A stretch of DNA of 64,000 bases from Takakia lepidozioides (GCA_030704615.1 CM060733.1:39370001-39434000), one strand, 5' to 3'; counted from the first letter of the stretch, positions 48,870 through 63,631 are shown. Program-made: numbers and translations. Notes: a model not told the origin generated them from the sequence alone.

Positions 48870-50630
48870 AGAGGTTGTTTCCACGAAGGCCAAGCTGGCT
48901 TTCGGCGAAACAGGGGTTGTGTGGATCATATCTTCACTCTAAGCCAGATTACCCAGGGAAGGAAAAAAGAAGGGAAACCCACTTATGTTTTTTTCTGGAT
49001 GTCAAAAAGGCTTATGACACAATGTGGAGAGATGGCCTATGGTTCCGCCTCCAGTCTTGTGGGATAAGGGAAAGATATGGAGAGTTGTCCACAACTTGTA
49101 TGCTCACACCAAAAGCTGTGTCACTGTTAACGGACAGAACTCCAACTTCTTTGACATAGACCAAGGTGTAGCTCAAGGATGTCCTCTCTCCCCTCTGCTC
49201 TTCAATGTTTTCATCAATCAACTCCTCGAGGATGTGAAAAGTGAGGGATTTGGGTTAAGGGTGGGTGATACCACCATACCAGCCCTTATGTTTGCGGATG
49301 ACTTCGCAGGCATAAGGGAGACTCCAACCAATCTCCAGGAGTTGATTGATTGCGCGAAGAGATACTTTGATCTTTGGGGGCTAGAGGCTAATGTCAGAAA
49401 TGTGCAGTGGTAGCATTCAACGACAGAGGAGAGGGAGGAAGTGATCTTAAGTGGCAGTGGGGTAGCCAAGAAATCCCAGTCCTCCCTTCCTACACTTACC
49501 TGGGCGTTGAGTTTTCCTCCAATTGTAATTGGGATGCACATATCCGGAAAGTTGTTCAAACTGGCAAGGGCAAAGCTCTGGGGCTCACTAAATTTTTCCA
49601 CTGCAGAGGGGTCAACTCTGAGGTTAAGAAAACCATGCTTTGTCGCGTTATTGGACCTGCCTTGGAGTACGGATCTGCAATATGGGTTGATAACTCCAAC
49701 CAGGCTAAGTCTCTAGAATCCATTCAAGTGGGGGTGCTTAAGGAGTGTATGTCAGCATGCTCCAAAACTGCCAATGTGGCTGTTCGGGGTGAGTTTGGCA
49801 TTCCGTCCTTAAGCTCCCGACGAGATGAATTCAAGGTCAGATGGTGGGGTCAGCTGCAACATATGTCCAACACCAGATATCCTAAGTTAATCGACTCTAT
49901 ATCTTGGAAACATGACCGCCCTGTCAAACAGGCTAAGTCCTGGCAGAAGAGAGTAGAAGAGATTCTCAAGGACCTGGACCTGGATCCGCAAGTCTTGACC
50001 CCGCTGGATAAATCTGACTTAGAGGCTGTAGTGTCCAAAGCCATGTCTGTTGCCATGAGATTGTCTGATGAAAATGAAGGTAGGCAGAAAACTTCCCTGA
50101 ACTTGTTTCCAGTCAGTGACATGGGGGAGGACATCTTGGATGACCTCAAGGGTCTACCCACTCTCGGCACTAGACTGAAATTTAAACTCAGGGCAGGAAG
50201 CCTACCTTTGAACAACAAACAGAAGCAGAGAGAAAAGGGAGAGTGCAATTGCCCGTTGTGTGGGCAATTTGAAGACAATATTCATATTCATATACACTGT
50301 CTCGGGTTCTCTCACCAAAGAGACGCTATCTTCAAATCTATCAAGGGAATTGTGCCTGTACCCTGTTTACCAACTTTGAAAGTCTCGAGGCTGAGCCAAA
50401 AGCCCAGGCCCTCCTGAGGCCTAGTTTTTGGGCAAATCACACACAACAGATTGATGCTTGTGTGTAGGGATTTCTAGAGGATATCTGGAAAACCCGGATT
50501 AATTCTATATATGAAGGTAAGTCTTACTACCAACGTCAACCCCTGACAAAAATAGGTTCTGTCCTTTTTGTTCCCGCTCAAACTGGGCACGGGGTTAATG
50601 GCCACAAGGCTACGACAAACAACGTCTTAT
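48870..50630 (+). mobile_element. 5'-truncated LINE reverse-transcriptase region (RTE/RTEX-like; frameshifted)
   Basis: QAGFRRNRGCVDHIF, FLDVKKAYDT, GVAQGCPLSPLLFN, MFADD, YTYLGV and C-terminal CPLCG..ED..H...HC. The clade call is tentative. Confidence 0.85.
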
Positions 50631-51736
50631 GAGTACAATCCCTTTCTGCACCTCTGGTGCAATTTTCAGTAGCAGCAGTCCCAAGGATGTTTAAGGATAC
50701 TGAAATGCCGCATGATGTCCTAGGTTGTCTCATGTCGAGAGTGCAATGCCAACATGTCAGTATCATACCCATCTTCCTCTCCAGCAAATCCAGGCCAGGC
50801 AGAGGGATTGCAACCACACCATTTATTTGGGTAACATTAGCCACGTTTTTGAGGAAGTGAGTTCGTTTCAATGTTTTTATTTCCAGCGAAATTTCGCACT
50901 TTTTCGACCTCAAAAATCAAAATCGAATATTCTGTCATAAATTCCCCATTTTCTCATGGATGAAATCGCTAAAATTCTCCAAAAAAAATATAAATCTTGG
51001 GTGCATTCGCCTAATATGGATGATATACATGGATGAAAGTACACAAGAGAATGATTCTGTCCAAATTTCAGTGGATGAGCACAAAATATGGCTATTTCCT
51101 GCAAAACTCAGTAGCCACTCCTGTTCTTTCCCAAATTTGAAAAAAAAACCACTGGTTCGTTTGGTATAGGGAAGGCCAGCTGATGAGACCCTTCCATTGT
51201 TTAAGAATGCCTGATCGAGGGGGGTAGCCTGAGTTCACACATTCAAAAACGGCGGAAGGGCCAAGTCAGCTGCCCTTCACCAGCGAATAAAACCCAACCT
51301 GCCCCTTCATGGCCCCACCAAAATCGTCATCTTCCGAATTGCGTAAGGCCTTAGGTGTCTTACTCCTGGCGTAAGGTACGGCCTCCTGTCAGGATAAACT
51401 TCCCGTCTCAGAAGGTAACGATTTTAACAATGGGAATTCTAGGCGGTTTCTACGTTGTTGTACTCTGTCCCATTGTACAAGTGTAAGTCGTAAACTTCTT
51501 TCGTTGTTTCTTTCACTATCAATCAAGCTAAATAAAGCCCGACTGCCGATTCTGTAGGAATAGCCAAGTACAGGCGTCTCTATGTCCATCTTGGACTCCC
51601 TCCCCCTATTGTCTCAACAAAACAATCAACTGTATGTTTAGCTGGAGAAGAGTGAGCCACCGATTGCTTGAAAGGAAAGCTGCGGTGACATTGATCAATG
51701 TATGGGGATCTCCCGCACAAAAAAAAAACTTGGGGC

Positions 51737-54700
51737 CTACAAGATGATATGATCCACCATGGCCATTACATTCTTATAGTACTCTCCACCATCTGCAGCC
51801 AAAGGCACCTCTGTCATCTCCTCCGTCCCAACTATACTGTGCACCCGCTCTGCAGAGCAGACATGGGGTCTATGGTTATATGAGGACAAAGCAAGGAGTC
51901 TACTAAATACATCTCTGACACACATAGGTCGATTGTCAAAAACTAAAAGCAGTAAAGAGGAAACCAATTTCAGGGGAATGTGAGAGAGCAGGCACATATG
52001 ATGAAGTGGTTGAGCAAGTGGAATAGCTGGTACAATTGGTGCCTCTTTTCGAAGCCTGGAGATTGCGGCAGTACTTCATGATATCCTGCATAGAAGGCCT
52101 CCGCTGCAAAAGCGAGAATATTGAGCAAGTGACAGATAGATTGAGTATTGACTATGGCATACTGGCACTCCCACTTTGATGCAGACCAGTTGTTGGGTTT
52201 TTCAGCCACAGCTTCATCATGAAACTAGAGAGAGGAGACTTTTCTTGTTATGCGTGTCTTGCCTCCTTCTCTCAAAGGATCACTTAAGCAGTTGGGTCTA
52301 GACGTTCATCACTACACATTAACCATGCTGGGGAGAAAGAGAGGAAAGACTGGCACGTACAAAAGCCTGGAAAATGTTCAACAGGAGCCCATCCTCGGAA
52401 AGCCAGATCTGTCAAACACGATAGTCCAACAGGAGCATTAGTGATCTAAGGTTTCTATCTCGATGGGAAAAGACGGGTCTATTGAGTTCTCATTCCCTTT
52501 GTGCAGAGCACGACACTTAACTGACTTGGTTGCTGTATGGCCATAGACTGCACGTGCAGTTTGAACAGACCAAAACAAAGGAAGAAAGAAAGAAAGAATG
52601 ATGGAGTCCACATAGAGGAAAGGAGAACAGGGGAAGACCGGAATGGGGGACAAGAGGGAGAGGGAGCGTTATATAGGGAAAAACAACTGCACAAGTTCAA
52701 CTTCAGAACTGAATTGAAGTATTCAGGAGACGTTGTTTGCCGTAGCCTTGTGGCCATAGACCCCACACGCCCAGTTTGGGCAGAACAAGAGGGAACAAAC
52801 ACTACCTTTGTGAGGGGCTCACTCCAGTAGTGGGACTCACCTTGGTACAGTAAACTATTGGTTCGGGCTTTACAGATTTCCTCTAGAAATCCCATCACAC
52901 ATGCACCAATCTGCTGTGTGTGAGCTGCCCAGCCATTAGACCCAAACAGGGCCAGGGTTTTAGGCTCAGCCTCAAGATTTTGTGAACAGAGGTGCAGGGA
53001 CTAAGTTCTTGATGGTCTGAAGAGGCTCGCTTTCTATTGAGAATACCCTGGATATTGTATCAGAAAATGGATATTGTCTTCAGACCACATCGGGCTTTGA
53101 CAATCTACAATCCTCAAACTTCTCGCTTTGGAAATAAGAGCAATGGTTATTGGAGAAAGTGGTACATAAACCTTCAACAACATCAAGAAGAGATTCCCTA
53201 CCAAATTCAGCATCACCGATGAAGGAAGCTGGGTCAAAAATAGCAACGGTCCCTGTTGATACAAGTCCTGAATTCCCCATCTGATTACAAGTGAATCCAC
53301 CCAGAGGAATAAACAAACAATTTAGAAAAACGGTGCTGGCATCCATGAACAATGGTGACTAATAACAGGTCCAAAGTTTCTTCAGAGAAATCTACCCAGC
53401 TAAATTATGGCCGTTGGCCACACTGAAACCAACAATCCATCAAGCACCATTTGAAGTCTTGCCTTGTTGCCTACATCGGAGGCCACATTACGTCGTCCAA
53501 CTACCCGCAGATTGCCTTACCACGCTCGTAGTTTTGTAGGCAAAACCAGGAATAAGAAGCCCTGTCCACACGGCAAGTGACAGCTAATAGTGCTCAAATC
53601 TCGAAGGACACGGAAAAGACACCCCTTATGGGTTCTTGCTTTATCCAAAACAAGAGTCTGGAAGTGGTAGCTCTCATGAGTTGGTACAAATAGTTACTGT
53701 GGCTTCGGTGAGCACATTCTTCTTACTCTTTTGAAGAGAAGCAGGCAGGTTATGTGAGAATGAAAACTAACCCAGAGATCCCCATGAAGGAGGCTCGGTT
53801 TCACTTTGTGGGCCTCCAGAAGTTGTGCTGCCTGCTGCAGCAATATTTCTCCCTTACTTTCAAGTTCCACAGCTTGATCCCCGAGAGTAGCAGACACTTT
53901 CTGCACACAGCTCTCACAAGATGTAACACAAGAGTGAAACACAGCAGTGACACTACTGTGATAGGCGATCAGATTAGTTTACCTCGTCAATGGTGGCTGC
54001 AAACGTAAGGCTATTCCAGTTGACTCTGGTTATTGATGACAAAAGAAAGGTTTTCCAAAGAGGATCAATGGATGGTTAATTACAGAGTCACTAAAGGACA
54101 AGCGGGAACAGCATATCCATTACACCTCAAAAAAATTTGTGTTTAATCTTGCATAATGGAATGTGAACTGGAAAAGAATGGATTGGGGACAACCCGTCGC
54201 ATACTACAGAGGAGATGCTCGTAGGTACTGTTTGATGGCTAACTCAATGAACAAATAAAATGGCCCACCAATAGATCACTACAAGAGGGCTTGCTCTTCT
54301 GGAATTAAGAAAGTTGATCAACATGCTGTTTTGGCTTCAGTCCAACAGTGAGCCAGTGACACCCAAATTAGGACATGAAATGAAATGGTGCTTTATAACG
54401 TCCACAGAGAGCCCGTAGAGCTTATGGGACAAAGTGGAAGAAAACATGAGAGAGGAAACAAAATGTGACTTGAATTTGTCCTCTCTATCTTATGGGACCA
54501 ACAAAAACAACAGAAATGTGCTCTTCTGCCTTCGAAAGACAAATTTTGGATGACATTCCCAAATATACCTGAAGCCTGTCTCGAAGTCGCTGTTCGATAA
54601 AAAATTTGGTCCAGGACGTGGCCCAACGGTTGTCCAATGACACCACTCCAAGCCTGAACCCAAGTTACTTTCCAATCGCAGCAGAAGAGGATGAAACATA

Positions 54701-57700
54701 AAAATGAAAGACCAATGCGCATAACAAATCAGAGAAAGCCCAAAGAGATTGTGAGCCGAGAGTAGCTGAAAACAAAGTTACAACAAGCAAAGAAGAAAGG
54801 GTGTAAGAAGGTGGGAAAGCCCTACCTAAATTGTATTTTTGGTGATTTTCCAAATTCTTGAATTTCTAATTGATTTTCTGGGTTGAGAGATTCTTCTCTA
54901 TAAATTAGGGTAACCTCAGGCCTCATTACACAGCCTAAAATTGCCCATCCAAGTGCTTGTGAGTCAGATGATGAATTACAACATAACCCAATTGGATGTG
55001 GTAAAATTCTCATAGATTTATCGTCCACGAGGCAATGTTCTGCAGCTACTGCCTCTTTGGAAGTCAACACTTTTATAGCCAACTACAATGCACTTTAGCC
55101 ATTGAATTTACTCCAAATTCCTCCCCTCGCGACTTGAAAGCCCATAGGTATCTAACTTGGCCAAGCAAAAGCTACCCTCAGATGGTGCACTACATACAAC
55201 ATAGGCAAATGAGGATTTCAACCCAGGACCATGAAGCAGCCTTACCACTGGCCTATCTATTGGACGCTCTCGACTCAAACTAACCTAAAACCTGCCGAAG
55301 CCAAGAAACCAAACTTCTTAACAAGCAAATATATCAGAAAACACAAGCCTGGCACCACATGAAACCACCAGCTGGTTCCCATGAGAACCCCTTGACAGCT
55401 AATGGCATAACCTGCCTAGCCAGACCATTAGTATATATGGAGTTATGGAAGAAACACTGCTGGCGATCACAGAGCCATCCCCTACCTTGCTTTCCCTCAT
55501 GCGTCAATCTCTTGCATCAGGCTGGTAACTAACCTTGTATCTGATGGAAACCCAAACAGAGTGCCTGAATCAGCCTGATGCAGCCTTGCCAGATTCCTCC
55601 CAAGGGCAGCTTGACTGCTTTCTTGCATCTGTATGACATGTTCACTATAAACAGAAAGCTCAGGAGAATGCGCATGCAACTAACTTGACTGCCACCAATC
55701 ATCTGATCTCTATCAGTGCATAAAATAGTGACAATGCATGGAGCAGTGAGTGGAACTACAAAAACCTCGAGTTTCAGAAACATCCTTGTTGAATTGCCTT
55801 CAAGGACTGGACCCTTAACAACAATGCTGAATGTTGGTTTAAGATACATGCGAAGTTAGCAATTGAATGTCAAGATAACCTTGTGATATGGCCTGTAGAT
55901 TGTAGTAACCGTAGACCTGAACAAACCAGGTTCAGGGAGCAAGGAAGACAAAACCAAGGGACTTACCATGCCAAAGGGTCGGAATTGCAGATGCTCCATG
56001 ATGATGTATGAACCTCCACCAGGGAGGTTACCACATCCTAGAGGGCTGGGTACATTTATTGTGTTGGTAGCCTTCAACCTTCGAAGCCTGTCAAAATAAC
56101 GCCATAGTACAGCAGGGTACTTTAGACCATCTGCCTTTGATTTTCCACCCCCAAAGACAGCCTGAGAATCTATGTTATGAGATCTTCTTTAAGGTTGTAA
56201 CAGAAGCAGCTCAAGGTTCTTCATCTCCTCACAATTTCGCATTTGTCTTGATTACCACTACTACTGATGTCCTCATAAGGAATCTCTAGAGGAGCGCTTT
56301 GTAGATCTGCACCTCCTTTTTCCTCTTCCAACAGCCCTCCACACTACTACCACTCCACATTGTGAGCTGTCATTGCAAGTTGGAAGGAGATTCCTAGTTT
56401 GCTGTGGATGGGATGGGCATACTTGGATTTTTAGGGGCAACCTCACCCTACATGAGGCCTATAGGTCTGGCTTGAGATACTGATACAAGAGGAAAGTAAA
56501 AGTAGGTACACCAAGTTGTAATGAAAACTAACACTGTGAACTGGCACCAAGAAGGGGGCACACCTACGCTTCAGATTCGCCTGCAAACATGTTGTCCAAG
56601 TCAAAGCTCCTGTCAAGACATTTTTTAAAATGTTAGACACTCAGAAGTCAGAGCCACACATCCTGCATATATATGTAAGTCAAGGGCAAGACACAATATC
56701 AAGATTTCTAGTACAATGCCAGTTTAGATCTACAATCAACACTAAATGAACCTGTAAACTACAGGATGCCAGACTGTTATGTGACTTGTGGGTTAAGTTT
56801 CGCTTCCTGGCAGGAGGGAACTATCCCCATCAACTCTCGGATGTTTAGACTCATGCAAGGACTATGCCCCTTTGGGATGCATCATGGCCAGCATGCACAG
56901 ATCAACGCCACCTCCTTTCACTATTTGTGTTGCAGTCACTGCGAGGCTACTTCATCAAATCCCATAAGCATCATGGGCAGAGAGGACAGGGCGAGGACAC
57001 GCGATATCATGTTAACAAAAGTGTTCAGTAACTAAACCCTGAACCTTGAATCCCGCACTGAAAAACCGTTCATCTGGATCAAAGTTCTTTGCAACTACAA
57101 TCACTTTAACCTCTGATCAACATTCATCTACACAATCCTGTTCAAGATGCTACAAGATCAGTTATATCAGAGATCAACACCAAACAGGGCTGAATCGTGT
57201 GCAGGAACAAACCGGTTGATTTTCACAAAAAAATTGCCGCCGGTGCAATAGAACGCATATGATTCATTTATGCAGCCGCTGAAATGAACCTCCCTCGGGC
57301 GGCGCATTAGGTCCCCGCAGCCCAGGTCTTTCAAATGGGAAAGAATGGTGAAGTCTCCCGTTGTCATCTTTCCCCCTGGTTTGCTGGAGCTTTCCGAGCT
57401 AAAATCAAACCATGATGCTCGACATTGCCGCCTACAAACAAATTCACAAAATATCGATAATAATATAGGAGTCTGCAAGGCAAAATGAACGTCTAAAGTC
57501 CAAACCATGCTTCATGTAGGATGCTACAATCGTCGGGCACTCACAAACCGTGAGAGGATGACAAAAATGGACCGGAATCGCAACGAACTAATAACCTGAT
57601 ACTGGCACAACAATATACATTCGGATAGAAAACTCCGGCCGAATCGCTATACAGAGCCGCTTCTCCTTGCAGATACAGCCCCTGTCGGGGTGGGCATTAT

Positions 57701-57994
57701 GAGGATCATAATTAAACCTTAGACTAGGTCAAGGAAGCACCTGATACCAGAGTCCACTGCACTGAGCCCTCCTCCACACCTAAAGCTGCTCCAGTCGTCT
57801 TTGGGATCAAAATGAGGCCATGCACAAACCAAAAACCTCTGAAAACTGGCAGAGGAAGGATATAACGATAATGACAGCTGAGAAGGAGGGACAAAAGATG
57901 CTGATACTAATGTCTGTAGTAATGGGAGGTGAGAAGGAGTGGAGCACAACAGGGGCGAAGACATTTCACGCAGATGCCACAATCTCGCCACCAT
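51737..57994 (-). CDS. Fructosamine/ribulosamine 3-kinase family protein with a Ser-rich N-terminal extension; 11 exons: 57994-57741, 57431-57213, 56609-56568, 56087-55967, 55628-55534, 54653-54569, 53900-53772, 53280-53202, 52408-52361, 52103-51996, 51792-51737
   Basis: GCIN...[31 protein letters not shown]...[41 protein letters not shown] and [14 protein letters not shown] junctions are in phase. The start may be 57964 instead. Confidence 0.9.
52748..53045. repeat. Second copy of the dispersed ~290-bp repeat (intronic)
   Basis: Colinear with 2780-3070. Confidence 0.75.
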
Positions 57995-58071
57995 CTCTGC
58001 TTCCTCTCCCTCTCCCTTCCTCGTCCCACCAACAAAGCTAGACGAGCGTTGAACATATGGACGTCCAGATG

Positions 58072-58248
58072 GAGGACTTACGTGGCGTGACGACGATGGC
58101 GTGTCTACGATGACGTGGCATTTCGTATAGCGGAAAGTTCTTGCCCGAGGACTTACGTGGCGTGACGACGATGACGTGTCTAAGATGACCTGGCTGCGAT
58201 GACACGTCTACGATGACGTGGCAGTTCGTACAGCGGAAAGTTCTTGCC
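58072..58248. repeat. Tandem duplication rich in ACGTGG / GATGACGTGG motifs just upstream of the kinase gene
   Basis: GAGGACTTACGTGGCGTGACGACGATG...CGGAAAGTTCTTGCC occurs twice (~58072 and ~58147). Confidence 0.75.
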
Positions 58249-58439
58249 GGTGGGCCACTTGTGCCTCCTGGGGAGTTCTGCTTCAAAATGCCCTAAAAAG
58301 TACAAAGGAAAATGTATAGCAGGTTTTTAGGAGTGGGTATGATATGATCATAGTTTTGAATGTATCGTGGATTTTTCTCGTTTAAATAACTGTACCCATA
58401 CCTCATTTATTTAAATGAGTCTTTTGAATTTGGGATCTT

Positions 58440-59320
58440 CTCAGGGTAAGGTAGGTGTCATTAATGTGTATGCGCCCAATGACGAGGGGGAGAGAATAGA
58501 CCTCTGGAAACTTATTAAAGGTAAAATGCTGCAGCCCTTTCTTATAAAGCTGCAAAGGAAAATCTCTCCCAGCTATTGCATGACAAAGTCATGAGGATCA
58601 AAGCGGGAGTGAATTGGTCATTGAAGGGTGAAAAAATGAAGAAATACTTTTTCACAAAAAGCTGCTCAACGTCGCTCCGCTACGGTGGTTCCTGCCTTAC
58701 GTGATATAGCTACTGGAACCCTGTAACGGACCCTAAATCCATGGCCACAATTGCTGCAGATTACTTTCAGCACTTGTTTCGAAAGCGTGATGCCACCCCG
58801 CTTCAGAATCAAGCCAGAGAGGACCTTATTAGTAAAATTCCCTGCTCCATCTCAAATAGTGATAAAAAGAGGTTGGCAGCTCCTTTTACTGCGGAAGAGC
58901 TGGGTCAGGCAGTGGAAGCAATGGTCCCCATGAAATGCCCAGGGCTGGACGGTCTACCTATAGAGTTTTTCAAAGCTATGTGGCACACAATAGGGGGGGA
59001 CTTTCTGCTCATGGCTAATGACATTCTACAGAAAGAATTGATGCCGTCACAGATCTTTGAAGGGCTGGTCACCCTAAAAGGAGACAGAGACAATATGGCC
59101 AACTACCGCCCGATAACGCTCTTGAACTCCACTTATAAGATCATCGCTAGCCCTAGCGTTGAGGTTACAGCCACTACTCCCCCAAATCATCCGCAAAAAT
59201 CAAACAGGCTTCTTGAAGGACCGCATGATCCTTGACAACATATTACTGGCGCATGAGGCATTGCATAGAGCTACATTGAATAACCAACCTTTAGCTTTTC
59301 TGATGCTTGACTTTGAGAAA
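58440..59320 (+). mobile_element. L1-clade LINE fragment (endonuclease remnant and start of RT), split by the CRE insertion
   Basis: INVYAPND, CPGLDGLPIEFFK, NYRPITLLNSTYKI, QTGFL, ILDNI and LMLDFEK. Confidence 0.88.
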
Positions 59321-62300
59321 TGATGAAACCCTGTAAGACTTTATTTACAACATGTACAATGGGTGAACGTGCATATGATGTAAAGTTCCCAAAAAGGGGG
59401 GGAGGAACAAGAAACAAGAGAAGAAAACAAAAAGCTATAGTAAGCTACTCAGCTAGAGAAAAAAAAACAAAAGCTATAGTAAGCTACTCAACCAGCGACG
59501 AAAACAGAAGCTATAGTAAACTACTCAAGCAGAACGACCCTCCCAGCCAACAGCCTGGAGGAGATCAGGCAAGGAGATAGGCAAAGTGTCAGGCAGAGGC
59601 GGAAGACGAGATGACGCGGAGCTAGCTACATCAGCCCGATGCAAAATAGAGATGGCTTGTGCTATCTGCAAAGCAACTGAAACACGTTGTCGATAGTAGG
59701 CGACAAGGACGGAGACATGTGGGATGCCAGTGGACCCGCTCTTGGCTGCATGATGTGCACATGTCCGCAGGAAATCGTCGAAGTGCCGGTGCAATGAGCC
59801 AAATATTTCGACCGCCAGTGGAAGAAATGTGTCGGTGGGATGACAATCGCTGTAGTCGTGCTCCTTGGCCTGGGCTGCTACAGTGGCTGCCGTGCTTGGT
59901 GTGGTAGCTGCGCGCGATAGCAGCTGCGCGCGATAGCAGATCCGCTCGAGTGGGGTCGGCGAGAACGACATCTGTTAAGGTACGCAAACCATCCCTAGAT
60001 AGGACGATGTCAACACGGCGGCGTGTAGAGTGGGACGTGAGCGTGGGTCGTAGATGTGGTTGCTCACGCAGCACATGATACCCTGCCTCCCGAGCAATAG
60101 ATGCCACCGCATCGTGAACCATATCATGAGACGCAGTGCGCTCACCACCACATGGACAGCAGAGGAGATGGATGGCAAGGTCATCGATGGGCTGAAGACA
60201 GACGCAGCGCTGGAGGCCCAATGCTGAAGAATGAGGCAAACCGAGTCGAAGGCGGAACGCAGTAGTGAAAATAGGGGATGAGAGGCAAAAATGTGCAATA
60301 GTGGGTCGTGCTGTCAACCATGCCCCTGCTCCGAGTCCTGCGCATGATAGAATTCGGGCTTGATGCAACTCAGAAGAAGCACTTGAGAGCATGCCGGAAA
60401 AAGAATGACGGTGCACGCGCTCGGAAATGGACTCCTGAAGATGGTCGAGGCCTTGAGCAACCAACTGCTCAAATGGTGGTAGACATGCTCGCGCCGGTGC
60501 CGGAAGAAGATCTCGTGCAGAGCGGAGATGCTGCTGGAAGGATAAAATGCCACTGTCGGCATGTGCAACGGCGTCCATAAGGATGGGACGATGGTCACAG
60601 AGAAACCGTGAAGCGAGGGCTGGTGCCACCAATGCCCAACTGCCGAGGAAAGCTGACGGGGCGGTAGTGATAGTGGACAAAAGACCTACACCACCGGAAG
60701 AGACGGACAAGGTGGCTTGTTGTCGTGGCAAAAGTCCCTGAGCACCCTCCAAAGCTCCTGGTCCTAACAATCTCCCGAAGATAGTCATCATGGTAGTATC
60801 AAACCCAGATAAGAGGTGTAGGAAATCTGGGTTGGGTGGAACAGTGCGCAAGAGATATGAGGGACGCTGAAGGAAACATTAGGTCAAGATTCCATATGCT
60901 ACTTGTACATCTCCGAGCCTAGGAAGGAGATCGGCGTGGGTGACATCTTGGTGGAGTGCATCTTCCAAGAAGGACGTTGTGAACTGGGTGGTGCCAAAAG
61001 AGACTCCCAGGATTCTGATGCCATTGGGCGGAGCAATGAAGTGAGCAGGGAGGACAAAATCTGCAGGGAGACCACACCACACATTTGCGAGGTTGCACTG
61101 AAAGGCCCACGGCAAAGAGTTGGGTGATAAAATGATAGTAAGCTGAAAGTACCTGTGAGGCAGGGCCTACAATGTGCGTGTTGTCTGCCACCGACGGAAA
61201 AAGACAAGATGAGTGAATTTGTGCAGAAGCCGTGAGGGCGCGGACATGAGCCATGGCAAACAAAGGTCCTCCTAAAGGGTCGCATTGGCGGGTCCCAACC
61301 TTGGACTAAATGATGGAGCACTCACCTAGGCGAGAATGAGACTGTAGTATAGGGGAGTGGTGGATGCATAGAATAATCGAACAAACGGAATGAGCTGGTG
61401 GAAATCTCCTCCGGCTGAACGGAGCTCCTAAAAGATAGCCGCTCGTGACACAGTGTTGAAAGCGTTGGTGACGTCGACCTGGAGAACCACCCAATCCGGA
61501 TGAAGATCAAGAGCTGCACGAATCCCCTGAACCACCGCCTCGCAACCGCCTAGAGCGGCGACCCCGAACTTGTGCGGAAAGAGGTGTCCGGAGAAGGCAT
61601 CTCGAAACTGAAGACAAAGTGAGCGGCTAACAAGGCGGTAAAGAACCTCTCCAACTGCGATAGGGCGGATGCCAGTACCTGAGGGTTTGCTCATAGCCAA
61701 CAATCTAGAGGCCCCAAGGAGACGGGCCACTGGGGCAGGGATACGACTAGCAGCAATAAATGAGCAAATCTGAAATAGCTGAGAGAAGCCACTAGCAGAG
61801 TCATGTGGAGAGAAACAGTCGCGTAAGTGCTCATACAAGAGACCGGAAGGACCTGCTGCTGCAAGATGGGGAATGCGCGTGAAGGCATGAGTGAAGACCT
61901 CCCGATCTAGCTTGAGATCCTGGTCTGGCTTGAAGTCCTCAACAAAAAACGGCAGAATATCCTGAGCTGATGGGTGAAGGGCTTCGAGGGCAGTGACAGT
62001 ATCCGGTGATGGAGGCGCTGGTGAGGAAGGTGCTAAAGCCTTGGCCGCGCGTGAGTACTCGCCAACGTGGCCTAACATGAGACTATGACGAAGTCGCCTG
62101 TGGTGAGGGTGGCTGCGTGGAGGAAGCGGGAGGGGCGCGTGCCGCAAGGGCTAGTGCCCGTAATTGATGCTCATCTTGCAGACTCTCCCAATCTCCAGAT
62201 AAAAAACGGTGAAGACGGATGCGCGTCTCTCTGTGCCCTGACTGACCGCCACGAGGGGGCAAAACCAAACACCACTGAGGAAATAACAAGAAAATATACC

Positions 62301-63469
62301 ATGTTGGTATATCATCAGGATCACGAGCCAGCCTGTCTAAGGGTAGACGGAGTGCCAGTTGGACCTCATGACGTAGTGCCACCGGAATTCTTGTATAAAC
62401 ACGAGGCCTTGGCAGTCCTAGCTGAAATGCGCCCAGAACATCTAGCGCTGAAAGCCAATGCCAAGCAGAGGCAGGAGGTGGCGCGTGCAAGACACTGGGC
62501 TGAAATGGAGAATTACCATTTGTGTGGGACTGATGAAGAGCCGCACACGTGCGCTGGTGTCGCGCAAGCCCTCTGATGCGCGCAAAAAGACGACCGCAAG
62601 CTGGGCATGGGGTACGGTCTGATGGGAGAGGCTCCTGCTGTTGGGGTAAGAGTGATGGGGTCGGCAATGCAGGCTGCACAACTGGAGAAGAAGGCACGTG
62701 GAGAGGCTCATGACCAAGAGGAGTTGGGCTGCCTTGAAGCCGCTGCCGAGAATGGGATGGAGAACCTGGAGGAGAAGTGACTGGCGTGGGACCTCGAACC
62801 CTACCTGAGAGGCGCAGTGGGGGAGGGCTCAACAGACATTGTGGGAGTTCTTCGGTCGGTGGGGCGCCAATGGAAGAACCTGGAATCAGCGGTGGAGAAG
62901 ACCGTTGTGAAGATGACGACTCTTCTTGAACTTGGTGTCTGGAGCTTGGACTCTGGTGCGCATCAGGAACATGTGAGCTAGGGGTAGGGGTACGTTGGCG
63001 TTGGGGTCTTCCAAGAGGAGCAGGTCTTCCAGTAGGAGCAGTTGCGGTTGTGTTCAACACCTCTCGTTGCTCTGGGGAGCGAACTGCCAGGGATGGTGGA
63101 GTAGGCAGTAAAAGGGTTGTGGTGAGGGCTGGAGTTGGCTGCCTGTACGGCGTCGGGGCTGAACGAGCTGGGGGACAAGCCGATCGAGGCCGCCTGACCG
63201 GCGTGGGGCCCACTGTTGCACAGCGGCCGCTTGCTCGCTTAGCGCTGCTACCGCTATCGCTACTGCCAACACCTCCACTAAATTGGCGGCGCTGCAGGCC
63301 TTGCCGAGGTTTGGCGACGACGCCGCTCATCGTACTTCTCGTGTCCACGCTCGTCAGACTCAAAAAGCCCCGAAGCCGCCTTTTATATATTCCATGTCAT
63401 CCCACTTCACAAATAATAGCCTTCATGTTCATAGAAGTGGCACTTTCCCTGACCAGACTACTTATGCAA

Positions 63470-63551
<82 letters not shown>

Positions 63552-63631
63552 GATTTTACGTACGGGAAATGAGAACGCGTCGGCGGGTCTTTGCAGGTGC
63601 AGGATCTCGAAAACAAACACGACATCAAAGA
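59321..63631 (-). mobile_element. Apparently full-length CRE-clade non-LTR retrotransposon (C2H2 finger, RT, zinc knuckle and restriction-like endonuclease), 4,311 bp, frameshifted
   Basis: TSD TTTGAGAAA at 59312-59320 and 63632-63640. Motifs CPACGRLF...LARHQRTC, IRPIAVGE, DVTNAFNTVSR, RQCDPLG, SVADNTH, CVC...HLLCC...HD and RVDIVL...TDV...AKEHDY...PLAVEIFG. Confidence 0.9.
63472..63549. repeat. (AG)n microsatellite within the CRE 5' region
   Basis: Uninterrupted AG run of ~78 bp. Confidence 0.98.

Noticed and set aside
51165-51210. CTGATGAG inside a GGAAGG/CCTTCC stem as a hammerhead ribozyme (also CTGATGA at 3061)
   Set aside because: No stem II plus GAAA and no stem III arrangement could be built.
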